Positions 38,114-51,308 of a stretch of DNA of 64,000 nt are shown here, piece by piece. The stretch spans positions 101,000,001 to 101,064,000 of the forward strand of contig NC_058368.1 in the NCBI RefSeq assembly GCF_018350175.1, in the 5' to 3' direction. The position numbers were made by a program, and so were the translations under genes. This DNA is from Felis catus (taxonomy: Eukaryota). Within the stretch, counting starts at the first letter, position 1. Every line of letters begins with the position of its first letter. A model generated the notes under the pieces. The model saw only the letters and a list, made by a program, of their open reading frames with translations, was not told the DNA's origin and searched no databases.

Positions 38114-38577
38114 AAAATTCCATTTTCTCACCCTAGGAATATCCACTTATCCCAGCACAATTTTTTGGAAAGTCTCCTTTACTAACTGCTCTGTAATGCT
38201 ACTTTTGTCATGGAACAAGTGTCTCTCCATGCATGGATCTGCTTGTAGGCCCTCTCTTCTGTCCACCTGACATCTTTGTCTATCTTCGTGCCACTATCAC
38301 ATTGTCTTAATGAAAATAGCTTTATAATAAGTCTTCATGTTTAGTAATGCAAATGCTGTCACCTTGTATGACAGATTCTTGGCTGTTCTTGAACCTTTCC
38401 ATGTATGTATGATCTTGAGAATCACTTTGTCATTTCCATAAACTGAGATTTTGATTAGGGTTGCCTTGTATCTATAGATCCTTTTGGAAAGACTTGCCAT
38501 ATTTGTAATATTCCAGTTCATGAACATGGCATATTCCTCCATTTATTTAGGTCTTCTTTAATTTATCTCAATAAGAT

Positions 38578-38798
38578 TTTTTTAACTTTTCTTAACATTT
38601 ATTGAGTTTTGAGAGACACAGAGAGACAGAGCATGAATAAGGGAAGGGCAGAGAGAGAGGGAGACACAGAATCCGAAGCAGGATCCAGGCTCTGAGCTGT
38701 CACCACAGAGCCCGACGCAGGGCTCAAACTCACGAACAGCAAGATCATGACCTGAGCCGAAGTCGGATGCTTAATCATCTGAGCCATGCAGTCGCCCC
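38578..38798 (-). mobile_element. Can-SINE
   Basis: TSD tctca(a/g)taagatttt. Confidence 0.9.
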
Positions 38799-39182
38799 TC
38801 TCAGTAAGATTTTATAGTTCTCTACCCAAAGGTCTTCTATGTTTTTTGTTAGATTGACTAAAATGTGTTTGGGTTTGTGGGTGTGTGTGCGCTATTATAA
38901 ATTATACCCTTTTAACATTTGTTTTCCTGTTTGTTGCTGTTGTAGCAAAATTAATTTTGCATATAAATTTTGAATAAATCAACTTTGTTAAACTTACTAA
39001 TTGTAATAATTTATCTGTGAATTATTCAGGATTTTCTACAGAGACAACTATATCGTCCATAGATAATGTGTTTTACTTATTCCTTTCTAATCTTTACATC
39101 TTTCCTTTCTTTTTCTTGTCTTATTGCATTGGCCAGGACCATCAGTACAAAAGGAAGTAACAGTAGGGGGAGTCTTTGTTTT

Positions 39183-39625
39183 GTGGGTTAAACAGTGTTC
39201 TCCTGAAAGATAAGTTGCAGCCCTAAGCCCCAGAATCTGTAAATGCGAGTGTAGTTGGAAATAGGGTCTTTGTTAATGTAGAGTTAAGATGAAGTCATAT
39301 TGGAATAGGATAGGTGCCCTACTCCAGTGTGACTAGTGTTCTTTTAAAAAGGTGAGACGCAAAGACATACCCAGAGAAGAACACCATGTGAAGACCGAGG
39401 CAGAAATTGGAATGATGCATTTATAAGCCGAAGGATTCCAAGGATTTTGGCAACCACCAAAAGCTAGGAAGAGGCAAGGAAGGATCCTCCCCCAAGGCCT
39501 TCAGAGAGAACACGGCCAGGCCAATGCCTTGATTTCAGACTTGTAGCCTCTGGAATTGTGAGACAATAAATTTCTGTTTTGAGCTGTCAGTTTGTGGTAG
39601 TTAGTTATAGCAGCCCTAGGCAACA
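39183..39625 (+). mobile_element. MaLR solo LTR (MLT1C-like)
   Basis: ggaaatagggtctttg..agctaggaagaggcaaggaaggat..gttatagcagccctagg signature. Confidence 0.8.
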
Positions 39626-40654
39626 AAGTCAACATGTTTTAGTCCCAGTTACAGAGGGAAAGCTTCCAGTATGTCACCATAAAGTCTCATACTTGCTGAA
39701 GGTTCTTTTGGGAATGGGTATTAATTTTTAGCTTATGAAAATTCCTTTCTAGTCCTCATTTGTGAAAAGTCTTTATGATGAATTTGATTGACATCATCTA
39801 TTGAAATGAATTGAAAGGTGTTTTTCCCTCAGTCTGTTAATGTGGTGAATTGCATTGATTTTTAAATCTTAACCCAGTATTGCATTCTGGAATACACCCA
39901 ACACATATTGGCCTTTTTACATATTGCTAGATATGGTGTGCTTATTTAAAAAAAAATTTTTACAAAAACTGAAAAAAGGCATTTCTCTTGAAGTTTGGGG
40001 GAAAAGTAGTGGGTAAAGTGGTTCTGGCTTTCTAGTTCAGACCAAGCTGATCTTTAACACTTCATCTTTATGTTAATGGATAAGTTTGCTAATCTTACAT
40101 TCACAATGTCGGCATCTGTATTCATCGGTCAGACCAGCCTGAAATTTTCCTTTCTTGGAATTTCCTGTCAGTTTTTATATCAGGGTTATTCTGGACCTTT
40201 TAGTAGGAGTTGGCAAATGGTAGCTATCCTTCCTGTGTTCTCAACGGGTGTGTGTGGCTCCTTTTCTTCCTTGAATGTTTCTTAGAATCCATCAGGGCCT
40301 GGAGTTTTCTTTATTGAAAAGTTTTAAATTATAGGCTTAATTTTTTCAAGTAGTTGATGAATTATTTAACGTTTCTATTCTTCCACCAGTTTTTACATGT
40401 AGGGTATTTTGAGGAATTTCTCTATTTTTTTTTATATTTTAATATTCTCTCCCATAAAGTTGTCTAATACATCTTTTTATTTTTATTTATTTTTAATTTT
40501 TTTCTTTTTTCTCTTTTTCATTTCTTTTCTTTTTCTTAAATACAGAAAGGGAAAAATTCATTTCTATTTTCAGTTTTTATTAAAAATATTTTTCTTTAAA
40601 TTTTTTCTACTCTATTTTTTACTTTTGTGTAAAGTTTTTCAAATTGTATTTTAT

Positions 40655-40880
40655 TTTTTAATTTTTTAATGTTTATTTATTTTTGAGAGAGAGAGAGAGA
40701 GAGAGAGAGACAGCTTAAGCATGGGAGGGGCAGAGAGAGAGGGAGACACAGAATCCAAAGCAGGCTCCAGGCTCCGAGCTGTCAGCACAGAGCCTCATGT
40801 GGGGCTCGAACTCATGAACCATGATGTCATGACCTGAGCCGAAGTCAGACGCTCAACCGACTGAGCCACCCAGGCGCCCC
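40655..40880 (-). mobile_element. Can-SINE with an extended 3' segment inside its TSD
   Basis: Reverse SINE; TSD at 40464-40480 and 40881-40897. Confidence 0.9.
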
Positions 40881-41104
40881 CCAACACATCTTTTTATAAT
40901 TTTATAGATCTGTAGGCCTTAATGTCTTCTTTTTCATTCCTCTCACTGTTTATTTCTTTTTCTTTGAACAGCTTCACCAAGAGAGCTGGTAATTACATTT
41001 GTTTTTATTTCATTAGCTTGTGTTCTTAACTTTATTATTTCCTTTCCTCTACCTTCTCTGAGTTTAATTTACTCTTAGTTTTTGTATCTCCTTTAGATCC
41101 ACTC

Positions 41105-41119
41105 TTTCTTCCTTCCTTC

Positions 41120-41154
<35 letters not shown>

Positions 41155-41156
41155 TC
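41105..41156. repeat. (CCTT)n/(CTTT)n tetranucleotide microsatellite
   Basis: Directly visible. Confidence 0.9.
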
Positions 41157-42744
41157 ACTGAGTAATATGAATTTGTATTTCCTCTGTGTCTTTTCATGGC
41201 TTGATATAGCTCATTCATTTCTTTTTATCTTTGAGTAATAGCCCCTTATATGCTGTGCCACTCTTAGTCCATTCACTCAAGCAAAAGAAATCTCTTTGTT
41301 GCTTTCTGGTTTTGATAATTATGAATAGAGCTGCTGTAAACATCTGTGTGCAGGTCTTTGTGTGGACATAAGTTTTCAACTCCTTTGGGTAACTACATAG
41401 GAGAGTAATTACTGGATCATATGGCAAGAGTATGTTTAGTTTTACACGAAATTGACAGACTGTCTTCCAAAGTGGCTGTACCTATTTGCCTTCTCCCTTG
41501 CAATAAATGACAGTTCCTATTGTGCCACGTCCTCAGCAGTGCTGGGTGTTGTCAGTGTTTTGGATTTTAGCCATTCTAATAGGCATGCGGTGGTAGTATT
41601 TTAGCTTATAATATTGTATAAGCCGAATTCTTTTTTTTTTTTTTTTAAGTTTATTTAGTTATTTTGAAAGAGAGAGAGAGAGCATGCGTAGGGGAAGGGC
41701 AGAGAGAAAGAGAGAGAGCTCTGTCAGCACAGAGCCCATCTCGGGGCTAGAACTCACAAACCATGAGATCTTGACCAGAGGGGTCATCAAAAGTGTGACG
41801 CTTAGCCAACTGAGCCACCTCAGGTGCTGCCAAATTCTTTTTTTTTTTTTTTTAATCCAGGAAGATCACAACATCCCTGAGAAGAAAGAATCCTGAAAAG
41901 ACACAAAGAAGTTATTTTTATTTTTTAATTTATTTTAAGTAAGAGAAAAATAAAAGTTTACCCATTTCTCCTCTGACCACAGCCACCAACCAGTCTGTTC
42001 TCTGTATCTATGAACTTAGATGCTGGGGTTTTTTTTGTTTTTTTCTTTTGATGCCTGTTTGTTTATTTTGAGAGCGAGAGGGTGTGTGCATGTGCTCGTG
42101 CACGTTCAAGCAGACAGAAGAACTGACAGAGGATCCAAGCACGTTCCGGGCTCAGCACAGAGTCCAGCTGGGGGCTCCATCTCATGAGATCACGACCGGA
42201 GTGAAATCAAGAGTCAGATGCTTAACTGACTGAGCCACCCAGGTGCCCGTGAACTTATTTTTTATATGTATGTATTTTGAGCTTTCACATGTAAGAGAGT
42301 TCATATAGTATGTGTCTTTCTCTGACTTATTTCACTTAGTTCATCAATTTTTATCCTTTCTTCTTCTGTATTGCTCAGTGTGCAACTACAATGATAAAAT
42401 CCCCCTTAATAAGCACAGCTTTAGATGCTTCCCACAAGTTTTGATATGTAGTATTTTCATTATTCTTCCCATTTAAAAATTTTTCTAATTTACACTTTTA
42501 AAAGCCCAGGTGTTATTTAAAAGTCTATTAGTTGGGACACCTGGGTGGCTCAGTCGTTTAAGCATCTGAATCTTGATCTCAGCTCAGGTTTTGATCTCAG
42601 GGTTGTGAGTTCAAGTCCCACACTGGGCTCCACACTGGGAGTAGAGCCTTCTTTAAAAAAAAAAAAAAAAAAGATTAGTAGTTTATTTCCTCAATATGAG
42701 TTAAAAAAAATCTTTTTGTTAGTGATTTCTAGCTTGATTGTATT

Positions 42745-43690
42745 CTTTTTTTTTCTTCCAAAGTTTTATTTAAATTCTAGGTAGTTAGGGGGCGCTTGGG
42801 TGGCTCAGTTGGTTAAGCGTCTGACTTCAGCTCAGGTCATGATCTCACGGTCCGTGAGTTCAAGCCCTGCGTCGGGCTCTGTGCTGACAGCTCAGAGCCT
42901 GGAGCCTGTTTCAGATTCTGTGTCTCCCTCTCTCTGACCCTCCCCCGTTCATGCTCTGTCTCTCTCTGTCTCAAAAATAAATAAATGTTAAAAAAAAATT
43001 TAAAAATAAAAATAAATTCTAGGTAGTTAATATATAGTGTAATATTGGTTTCAGGAGTAGAACTTTGTGATTCATCACTTAGTAACACCCAGTGGTCATC
43101 GTAACAAGTGACCTCCTTAAAACCCATCACCCATCTAGCCCATCCCCCACCCACTTCCACCATCAACCCTGTTTTATCATTAAGAGTCTCTTATGGTTTG
43201 CTTTTCTGTCTCTCTCTTTTTCCCCCCTTCCCATAGGTTCATCTGTTTTGTTTCCTAAATTCCGCCTGAGTGAAATCACATGGTATTTGTCTTTCTCTGC
43301 CCCACTCATTTTGCTTAGCATAATATGCTCTAGCTCCGTCTACATCATTGCAAATGGCAGGATTTCATTCTTTTTGATGACTGTGTAATACTCCATTGAA
43401 TGTATATACCACGTCTTTTTTATTCATTCATCAGTTGATGGACACTTGGGCTCTTTCCTCGTTTGGCTACTGTTGATAATGCTGCTGTAAACATCGGGGT
43501 GAATGTACCCCCTTCGAATCTATAGTTTTGTATCCTTTTGAGTAAACAGCTAGTAGTGCAGCTGCTGGATCATAGGTTAGTTGCATTTTTAACTTTTGGA
43601 GGAACGGCGCCCCATACTGTTCTCCAGAGTGGCTGCACCAGTTTGCATTCCCACCAGCGGTGCAAGAGGGCTCTCCTTTCTCCAATCCTG
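42745..43690 (-). mobile_element. Carnivore L1 3' end, interrupted by a + strand SINE at 42787-43010
   Basis: tatagtgtaatattggtttcagga..gatggacacttggg..ggctgcaccagtttgcattcccacca; SINE TSD taaattctaggtagtta. Confidence 0.85.
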
Positions 43691-44303
43691 TTTCTTAGTT
43701 GTATTCTTTTATAATACGTAGACACTTGGTTAATGACATAGGATCTGATCAATTTTTTTAAACTGTTTTCTGTGTATTCAGTGTATTATTCTGCCCTTGT
43801 TAAGATTTTGTGTTCTCTGTCCATGGGATCAAGTTTGTCAATCCTGGATTTTATATCTTTATCCTTACTGACTTGTATGCCTGTTATTGGTTACTGAGAC
43901 AAGTGTGTTAAAATATCTCATCGTGACTGTAGGTTATCTATGTCTCCTTGTAGGTCTCTAAGTTATTTATGTATTTTTTAAATGTGTTTTAAGGCAACTT
44001 TATTGAGTGCAAACAAATCTAATACCGTCTTTAGATGAATTTAATTTTTTGTCATTATGAAGTGTCATTCGTGATGTGTAGTGATACTTTTTGCCTTAAA
44101 GTCAGATACTACTATAACTTACCATCTTTCTGTGGTTACTGAACACACGGTTTGTCTTCTTCTGTGATTGTACTTGACTGTCAATCCTTGTGTCCTTATG
44201 TTTTAATATATCTCTTGTAAATAGCATAATTTTTAAAAATAAAGTTTGGTTATCTTTATCTTAAATAGAATATGTAACTTGTTTACATTTAAAGTATTTA
44301 CTT

Positions 44304-44520
44304 AGGGGCACCTGGGTGGCTCAGTTGGCTAAGTGTACAAATTTGGCTCAGGTCATGATCTCCTAGTTCGTGAGTTCAAGCCACTCATTGGGCTCTGCAA
44401 TGATGGTGCGGAGCCTGCTTGGGATTCTCTCTCTCCCTCTCTCTGCCCCTCCCCTGCTCTGTCTCTCTCTCTCTCTCTCTCTCAAAATAAATAAGTCAAC
44501 TTAAAAATAAATAAAATAAA
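44304..44520 (+). mobile_element. Can-SINE
   Basis: Head, CT tract, tail. Confidence 0.88.
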
Positions 44521-45047
44521 TACGTGTTTAGATTTAATCCTAATATCCTAATGCTTCCTTTCTCTTGTACCCTCTTTTATGTTCCTCCCTCCCTCCTCTC
44601 TCTCCTTATCCTGATTTGATGGGATAGATGTTAATATTCTGTGTTCTTTCTCTGCTAGTGTGGTAGTTACATACTCCTTTCAATACTCTTTCAGTGGTAT
44701 TACCAAAGATTACAACATGCATTCTTGATTTTTGAAAGCCTAATATTACCTGTTATTCTTACTCTTTTTGGTTCATACGAAACCTCAGGACACTTTTCCT
44801 CTGGAATTGTATGCGATTATCATCATGCACTTTTTATCCCCACAACACGTAATCGCTATTGCCTAGTAAATTCATACGCATTCAGATGTACCCACATATT
44901 TATACAATCATTTTTCTTCATCACTTCCTGTATTTCTGACTTGACACCCGTGATCATTTTCCTTCTGCCCAAAGAACTCCACTTGGTATTTCGTTGAGCG
45001 CTAGTCTGCTGGTGAGAAATTACTTTTTATCTGAAAATGTCATTCTT

Positions 45048-45446
45048 TTTTTATATGTTTTATTTATTTTTGAGAGAGTGCAAGTGAGGGAGAGTCAGAG
45101 ACAGGGAGACTGAGGATCTGAAGTGGGCTCTACGCTGACAGCAGCCAGCCCCATGTGGGTCTCGAACTCATGAACTGTGAGATCATGTCCTGAGCCAAAG
45201 TCGGACACTCAACCGACTGAGCCACCCAGGTGCCCCTGAAAATGTCATTCTTTAATGTTTATTTATTTTTGAGACGGAGCACGAACAGAGGAGGGGCAGA
45301 GAGAGAGGGAGACACAGAATCCGAAGCAGGCTCCAGGCTCCAAGCTGTCAGCACAGAGCCCAACACGGGGCTCGAACTCACGGACCGTGAGATCATGACC
45401 TGGGCCGAAGTCGGACGCTTAACTGACTGAGCCACCCAGGTGCCCC
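45048..45446 (-). mobile_element. Two tandem Can-SINEs (45048-45236 and 45253-45446) sharing one TSD
   Basis: tgaaaatgtcattctt present three times. Confidence 0.92.
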
Positions 45447-46289
45447 TGAAAATGTCATTCTTGAATGACGGTTTTATTTTTTTCAGCAGCATAAATACGT
45501 CATTTCTTCTGACTTATAGGTTCCATTATTTCTAATGAGAAATCTGCTGTTATTCTAATTGTCCCTCCTTTGGAGTTAATCTGTCTTTTTTCTTTTTTTT
45601 TTTTTTAAAGATTTTGTTTTTAAATAATCTCTCCACCCAACTTGGGGCTCCAATTCACAATCCTGAGATCAAGAGGCACATGTTCTACCAACTGAGCCAG
45701 CTAGGAGCCACACATCTGTCTTCTTTTAATCTCAGTGATATTAGTCACTTTCTCTCTGTATTTGATCTTTTAAACAGTTTTACTAGAACTTGCTTAGGTA
45801 TAGGTTTCTCTTTATTTATCCCGCTTGGAATTCAAAAGGCCTCTTAACTCTTGTGAATGATGTCTTTTACCAGTTTTGGAAAACTCTGTCATTAACTCTT
45901 CGAAAATCACTTTTAATCAATCTCACTACATAATGCACTTACTCTGTTTTGTGTACAGTCCTTTAGAGGCTTTTTCACATGTTTCAAAAAACATTTGAAG
46001 CGGTCGTACTGTAAATTGTACAATTAAAAAGTTAAATGCGAGAATAATATTAAACCTATGCAAATGTATTGCATGTGTGAATGATAAAAGGAACTAGCTA
46101 ATCTGTTAGCAGTTATGTTTATAATATCAAAATAAACTGGTGTGAAATATTATAGCTTGCCATTTTGGTCTAGTTTTCATTCACTACAAAAAAGGACTGC
46201 TTGTGTTTCATTTATTAATGGTTTATGAGTACCAGAAAGTAGAGTTTTATCATATATAGCCTTTTTCCTAGTATATAAGAAACAAATTT

Positions 46290-46508
46290 TGGGTGCACTT
46301 ACGTGGCTCAGTTGGTTAAGCATCTGACTCTTGATTTTGACTCAGGTCATGATCTCACCTTCCGTGAGTTCGAGCCCTGCATTGGGCCTTATACTGACAT
46401 TGCATAGCCTGCTTGGGATTCTCTCTCTCCCTCTGTCTCTGCCCCTACTGTGTTCTCTCTCTCTCTCTGTCTCTCAAAATAAATAAATAAACTTTATTTA
46501 AAAAAAAA
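46290..46508 (+). mobile_element. Can-SINE
   Basis: Head, CT tract, tail. Confidence 0.85.
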
Positions 46509-47061
46509 ATTTCGATTTCTGCTATTTTTTTTAAATAAAGGTGGCTCTCAAAGCTACCTTTCACTATCTTTCAAAACCCTTTATTTTTTGTGCCCTGTGT
46601 TAGCTTTTATCCTTATTTATATAAATAACATCTTAGGTGAGTCAGGTAGTACTTTCCCCTCAAACTACAGTGAAACTGGCACAAATACCTGTGGTAACTT
46701 AAATTCATGGTTAGCAAGTAAATGCCTAAGGCTTTTGTCAACAACTAGCTATCTGAACGGTGAACTTTTTGCCTGGACGTTTCTTCCACGTGTTAAGATG
46801 AGAAAGGGAGCAGTCCCCTTAGATCATCAGGAGGCATTAGGGTCTACCTGCTAGAGCTCTGGTTTGGGATCAAATTACTGGTACTTTCCTCTTGTTCTTG
46901 TCCTAATGCGCATGGCATATTTTTCCAGAGCCTGTCATTTGCCCTAATGTTCCCCCCTTTACGGACCATCCTGCCAGACTTTCAGTGACACAGTCTCCAA
47001 GGAATTAGAAAGTAACTTCCTTCTTTATTTGCCAACCCGAAGAAAACTGACCAACACTCTT

Positions 47062-47250
47062 TTTTTTTTTTTTTTGGAGTTTTTATTTAAATTCCAGTTA
47101 GTTAACGTATTGTGTAATATTGGTTTCAGGTGTATAACATAGTGATTCTCACTCTGTCCCACGTGTCGGCTGGTGCTCATCACAGCTAGTGAGCTCCTTA
47201 ATCCCCGTTACCCGTTTTCCCCATCCCCCCCCCACCTCTGCCCCCTTCTG
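47062..47250 (-). mobile_element. Very short 5'-truncated carnivore L1
   Basis: Poly(T), L1 3' UTR sequence, TSD ctga(c/g)caacact(c/a)tt at 47047 and 47251. Confidence 0.8.
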
Positions 47251-47700
47251 CTGAGCAACACTATTAATGACAGGTGATGTCTCCCTTCTCCCCCTCCCTG
47301 AGCTCCTTCCCCAGCCAGAGAAGAAGCAGTGGCCCTGGCGAAGACGTACAGTTGCAAGGGTTCCTGCCCTCAAGGAGCTTCAAAGGTAGGTTGTGTACCT
47401 GAGAAGGGCTTAAACTACGTAAAGTGCCTGGCTGCATGCCAGTCAGCGGGCCAGAGGGCATGAGGTGGGACGACATTCAGCCCCCGTGAGAAGGATCGCA
47501 GAAGGGAAATCTAAACACTGAGTTCCCACTGTGTACAAGGCACCTTGCATACACCATGACCCCGGTGAGGTGCATGCTGTTACATGAAACTGAGGCACCG
47601 AACTCAACCCGGAGGCCCAAGAGCCCTGCTTCTGTGAATTTCAGGTGTGATGGAGTTCTCACAAATCTCTCAAGTGCGCAGTCAAAAAGGGCTACTCTAG

Positions 47701-47880
47701 AGGGCCACCTGGGTAGCTCAATTGGTTGAGCGTCTGACTTTGGCTCAGGTCACGATCTCGTGGTTCGTGAGTTTGAACCCCGTGTCGGGCTCACTGCTGT
47801 CAGCACAGAGCCTGCTTCAGATCTTTTGTCCCCCTTGCTCTCTGCCCCTCCCCCCCCCCCAAAAAATGAATACATGTTTT
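47701..47880 (+). mobile_element. Can-SINE
   Basis: Head and tail. Confidence 0.85.
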
Positions 47881-49837
47881 AAAAAATGGTTAGTTCAGGG
47901 AACATGGAAGTCCAGTTGGATTTCAGTATGGTAACTGGGGAGTGAAGAGAAGTGGTGAGCCAGTGAATATAGTTCTTACAACTTAGAGCGAAGTCAGAGA
48001 TTGGTTAAATATTGATTATATTCCAAAATTAGGGAAAATCCATTTATGCGAGGGTACTAAAACCAAGGGCTACGGAACTCAGAGGATTCACACATTGTGC
48101 TGCATTGATCTGAGTGCTACATGTGTCTACCTTGCCCATTCAGACAACGTTTTAAAAAATTCTATGGAGACAATCTGTTCTTTAATTGATGTGTATATTT
48201 ATGTTCTCTCCTATTCACTGTTATTTACTATTCGCCAGGACTGCCAACTTTTAAACAGTCTTGGGATAAATGTTTGTTCCCAACCCTTTGTTGATAGATG
48301 CGTTTTATGTAACAGTTATGGAGTCCATTAACATGAAGCACTAAAACAGAAAAAGAAACTGAAGAGATTTATAAGCATATGAAATGCCCTCACCAGATAC
48401 AGTTGAAACAATAAATCCAAGGGGACATTTATGAAGTTACTATGAACATAGTTATCTGCTTCAAAACATGTTTGTGGAACTGAATCATACCATATATGAG
48501 GCGTCATTTAAAAGGTGAAATACAAATTGACTCTTGTCTATTGGTAACGACTTAGTGTGTTTAAGGAAACCCCACGATTGTAGAAAAAGAGAGAAATCCC
48601 ACTATAAATACATCTTTGGCAGTTGTGTTCTTGGTGATAGAAATTGCCTGAATGATTTTTCTTTAAAAACTGGAAATTTGGGAGAGCTCAAATTATTAGG
48701 ATTTTTAAGTGACATTGAAAGGCTTCCAGCATTACTGTTGCGCGAAAACACCCGATCCCTGGTAGAGCAGTGGTCCAGAGAGCAATTTTTTCTGTGGCTG
48801 CAGTATGAGATATAAGTGGTGTCCTCAGATACAAACACACCCCCCCCCAAAAAAAATAAGTTGGCAAAGGAACATGGTGGCATCTGTCTCCTCGTTAAAA
48901 CATCAGATTGACAAAATCCATGTACTACTCTGTTTCAAAAAGTTCCAGCTCTTTCAAACATTGGCATTCTTATCATTTTGTGCGCTCAGCGCTGGCCACT
49001 GGCTAACAACATCTGTGTGGATTTCTCCTTGAATATCTTTCTTCTATCAGCTGATAAGCCAGTAGCTCTGAGGATTTCTGGTCAAGAGCCCTGCTCAAGA
49101 AAGAGAGCTGACAGTACATATTTGAAATTGTTTCAGAAAATGTTTCTTCTCCTCTGCCCTGTTTGTTTGTTTGTTTCCTACTTGAAGGTAGGGTCTAAAG
49201 GGCGTGGAGCTTTCAGGTTGATGTGGCCCAGGGAACCCCAGTGGCCATTTAATATGCTTTCTTTGGAGAGAAGAGACACTGAAATTGTAAATCTAGCCTG
49301 TACTCACTGTCATAGGGCTAATCCATGGCCATAAAATTAGAGTCAAATATAAGATAAACTGCAGGCCACTGTTTTCACATCAATCTAAACAAACAAGCTA
49401 ATGGATTATTTTAGGAGTGAAAACAAAATTCTTAATTGCTCCTTAAACATGTGGCTCTAAGTGTAAGCCTAATATAACAAATAACTTGGAGCAAATTCAT
49501 TTTAATTGTATGTAAACAAACGTCTTATAATAAAAATGGTTATTATGCTTCAGGAAAATGAAAGGAAAAAAATTTCCAAAATCCCAAGCCCCCAAATAAA
49601 TACTGTTAATATATCGGCATTTCTCTTTCAGACTTTTGGTTACTCTGTTCATCCTACTTTGAATTTTATTTTTTCAATGAATTCAGCTAATGTAATGTTC
49701 TTGGATGTCTTTTATGGTATACATAAGTATAAAATGTTTTTGGAAGATATCTGTAAGATGGCTTACAGAAATGAAAAAGCGTAAGTATTGTCACTCCTGC
49801 AATACAAAACAAAAAAAAATTGTTCAAAAGACAAGAT

Positions 49838-50015
49838 TTTTTTGTTGTTGTTGTTGTTTGTTTATTTTTGAGAGAGAGAGTGGGGGGGCGGGTGGACAGA
49901 CAGAGAGAGGGACATAGAGAATCCACGCAGGGCTCGAACCCACGGAACCGTGAGCTTATGACCTGAGCCAAAACCAAGAGTCAGATGCTTAACCAACTGA
50001 GCCCCCCAGGCGCCC
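49838..50015 (-). mobile_element. Can-SINE, internally deleted
   Basis: Reverse head and tail; aagattt flanks. Confidence 0.82.
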
Positions 50016-50764
50016 TAAGATTTGCAAATCTTATAAACACCGCATAGTCATTTCCAGATGTAGCAACTGAAAAACGCAATTGGAGAAGGTAGCAGGGGGA
50101 AGGAGAAAATCCCAGCCTCAGCGGGAAGACTTCAGAGACCCGCTCGCATCTCAGGTGAGACCTCCACATCCCCACCTGCTCTCAGGGCCACACCAGCCCC
50201 TGGCACGCCTCATGTGCCTCCTCTGTGCTGGCCAGGCCTGGGGAGGAAGGCGGCTGGGGGCTGGCAGAAATGCCCAGTCCCATCTGCCCAGCTTCTCGAG
50301 TCTTCTGATACCACGACAGGAAAGGCGTTCATCTGGCGCCTGTCCTCTGACAGATACGAATGTAAGGTCTGGGCAAGGGAGGAAGTCCGTGCTGGGTGGG
50401 ACTGTCACCGCAGGGCCCCTCGTGCATTGCCTGGTGGCTGTGCTGTGCCCCCAAGGACTTCCCAGCCGTTGGGGCCACAGTCGGCCTGTCTGCAAGCGTC
50501 AGACCAGATGGAAGTTCTTAAATAGGGGAGAAGGAGGCTTTTTACCTCTCTTTCTACCAAGGCCGCATGGTAAACTGTTTTGAATGATTTTGAAAAGCCT
50601 CCAAGGTTTCCACTCACTGAGGGAATATGCCAGAGAAACTTGAAAACTGAAATTTTCGGTAACAGGACCCAGTAAAGTCCTTCAAGGCTTGATGTAGATG
50701 CTGGAGTTCTAGACTCTTGTGGCTGGACGGGGCTCTTTCTGGTGACATTTTTTTTCTAACTTGT

Positions 50765-50779
50765 TTTTTTTTGTTTTTT

Positions 50780-50820
<41 letters not shown>

Positions 50821-50977
50821 ATGAGTGGAGGAGGGGCAGAGGGAGAGAGAATCTTAAGCAGGCTCCACTCCCAGCGCAGAGCCCAACGCGAGGCTTGATC
50901 CCACGACCGTGGGATCGTGACCTGAGCCAAAATCAAGAGTCAAGGACACTCAGCTGATTCTGCCACCCATGCGCCCC
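50765..50977 (-). mobile_element. Can-SINE
   Basis: Reverse SINE with (GA)n tract. Confidence 0.85.
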
Positions 50978-51082
50978 TCGGTGGTATTCTTGTTATGAGC
51001 AGGTGACTTCTAAGCTACAGTTCCAAATAAACCAAGGAGGTTATTAATTCCGTCGTCAGAGGTCACTAAAATTACTGCCTTC

Positions 51083-51308
51083 CGGGGCGCCTGGGTGGCT
51101 CAGTCGGTTGGGCGTCCGACTTCGGCTCAGGTCATGATCTCGCGGTCCGTGAGTTCGAGCCCCGTGTCGGGCTCTGTGCTGACGGCCCGGAGCCTGGAGC
51201 CTGTTTCGGATTCGGTGTCTCCCTCTCTCTCTGACCTTCCCCCCATTCATGCTCTGTCTCTCTCTGTCTCAAAAATGAATAAACATTAAAAAAAAAATTA
51301 AAAAAAAA
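51083..51308 (+). mobile_element. Young SINEC_Fc-type SINE
   Basis: TSD aaaatt(a/c)ctgccttcc. Confidence 0.92.

Larger units (their letters stand above)
37530..45900 (-). mobile_element. Fragmented ancient L1 (ORF2-derived) interrupted by many younger SINE, LTR and L1 insertions
   Basis: T-rich + strand with L1 reverse-complement remnants; ORF 38297-38542 (-) reads like decayed ORF2p (IYRYKATLIKI..KTYYKA). Confidence 0.7.
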
